Of a stretch of 64,000 nucleotides of DNA, positions 63,082 to 64,000 are shown piece by piece. Position numbers and translations under genes: made by a program. The DNA comes from Candidatus Latescibacterota bacterium (GTDB lineage: Bacteria; Latescibacterota; UBA2968; UBA8231). Location of the stretch: assembly GCA_965243025.1 (NCBI GenBank), contig CBDETY010000003.1:1536001-1600000 (forward strand), written 5' to 3'. Numbering within the stretch: the stretch's first letter is position 1; the number at the start of each line of letters is the position of its first letter. The notes beneath the pieces are model-generated. The model worked only from the letters and a program-made list of their open reading frames with translations, was not told the origin of the DNA and ran no database searches.

Positions 63082-64000
63082 TCCTCGCTTCCTTGCGGTC
63101 CCCTTTTTTCTGCCACGGATACTCAAGACGCCCGTGCAGGGTTCCCATCAGAACCGGAATGAAACTCTCCTCAATTCGGTGAAGGTCTCTCAGGGTAAGG
63201 GGACATTCATCCAGTTCCCCGCTGGTGAATTTCTGTTGAACTATCTGGCGAACGAGTTGCCTGACGCGGTCCGGGGTGCGTTCGCTCAAAGTCCGGGCAG
63301 CGGATTCGACCGAGTCGGCCAGCATCAGAATGCCCGCTTCCCTGGTCTGGGGTTTCGGCCCGTCGTAGCGAAAATCGTCGCGGCGGACATCCCCGACTCC
63401 GAGCTCTACGGCGCGGGTGTAGAAGAACTCATGAACCGTGGTTCCGTGGTGTTGAGGAATCAGATCGATCAGTGCTTTGGGAAGCCCGTGTTCCTCCGCC
63501 AGCTCGATCCCGTCTTTCACATGTGAGTCGATGATCAGCATGCTCATACTGGGGGTCAATTGATCGTGGGGATTGCGGCCACCTTGCAGGCTTTGATTCT
63601 CGGTGAAGTATTCCGGTTTCAGCATCTTGCCGATGTCGTGGTAGTAACATCCTACTCGCGCCAGCAGGGGATTGGCGCCGATCGCCTGCCCGGCAGCTTC
63701 GGACAGGTTGGCCATTATCAGGCTGTGGGTATACGTGCCCGGCGCTCGGATGGCCAGCTCCCGCAGCAGGGGGCGATTGAGGTCCGACAGCTCGAGAAGG
63801 GTAATGTCTGTGGTGATGTGGAACAGGCTCTCGAAGATTGGGAGGAGACCCTGAATGACGATTGGCGCCGCCAAGCCTGTGAAAACACCGGGAAGCACAT
63901 GACCGTAGATCTCCTCGTTCGGAATGAACCTCAACAGGTCGCTGCCTGCAATCAGAAGGCAGTACGAGGCCGGAAGCAAAATCATGGCCCGATAGAACTG
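63047..64000 (-). CDS. 7TM-HD (HDIG) phosphohydrolase, PgpH-like (5' end beyond window)
   Basis: LLELSDLNRPLL, APGTYTHS, YYHDIGK, QHHGT, YDGPKPQ, MLADSVE; position next to ybeY is typical. Confidence 0.9.
   Translation of the reverse strand, partial: QFYRAMILLPASYCLLIAGSDLLRFIPNEEIYGHVLPGVFTGLAAPIVIQGLLPIFESLFHITTDITLLELSDLNRPLLRELAIRAPGTYTHSLIMANLSEAAGQAIGANPLLARVGCYYHDIGKMLKPEYFTENQSLQGGRNPHDQLTPSMSMLIIDSHVKDGIELAEEHGLPKALIDLIPQHHGTTVHEFFYTRAVELGVGDVRRDDFRYDGPKPQTREAGILMLADSVESAARTLSERTPDRVRQLVRQIVQQKFTSGELDECPLTLRDLHRIEESFIPVLMGTLHGRLEYPWQKKGDRKEARNAENPVPIRRT

Overview
GC-rich diderm bacterial chromosomal segment (two TonB-dependent receptors, Lnt) with about 52 CDS and one initiator tRNA. 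I saw no rRNA, CRISPR array, integrase or transposase. Left end (1-5.5 kb): surface-glycan locus (partial HddA-type heptose kinase, NDP-sugar epimerase, SGNH protein, YfhO-type GT-C). About 5.5-58 kb: a dense patchwork of uptake and catabolic genes (sugar ABC system, SSS and BCCT carriers, enolase-superfamily dehydratases, FGGY/PfkB/GHMP kinases, Gfo/Idh/MocA, amidohydrolases, cupins, sialidase-like protein) plus a pabB-pabC fusion, panB, an RNB nuclease and atl-dinF. Right end: housekeeping block (7TM-HD phosphohydrolase, ybeY, HlyC/CorC, tRNA-fMet, sigma4-only protein, lnt). The gene mix resembles marine or sponge-associated uncultured heterotrophs (inference only). Top finding: an ECF sigma factor fused to domains II-III of a DnaN beta-sliding-clamp-like module, with a clamp-binding-motif-like QLNLL peptide in its own sigma2-sigma4 linker, a candidate self-inhibited clamp-ligand-sensing sigma factor. 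Other notable items: an Lnt-lipase fusion, a sigma4-only protein coupled to lnt, a 222-bp MITE with a 4-bp TSD inside the ABC operon, and a galactokinase-like protein with rewritten substrate motifs. All calls come from motif recognition by eye; no database searches were run.
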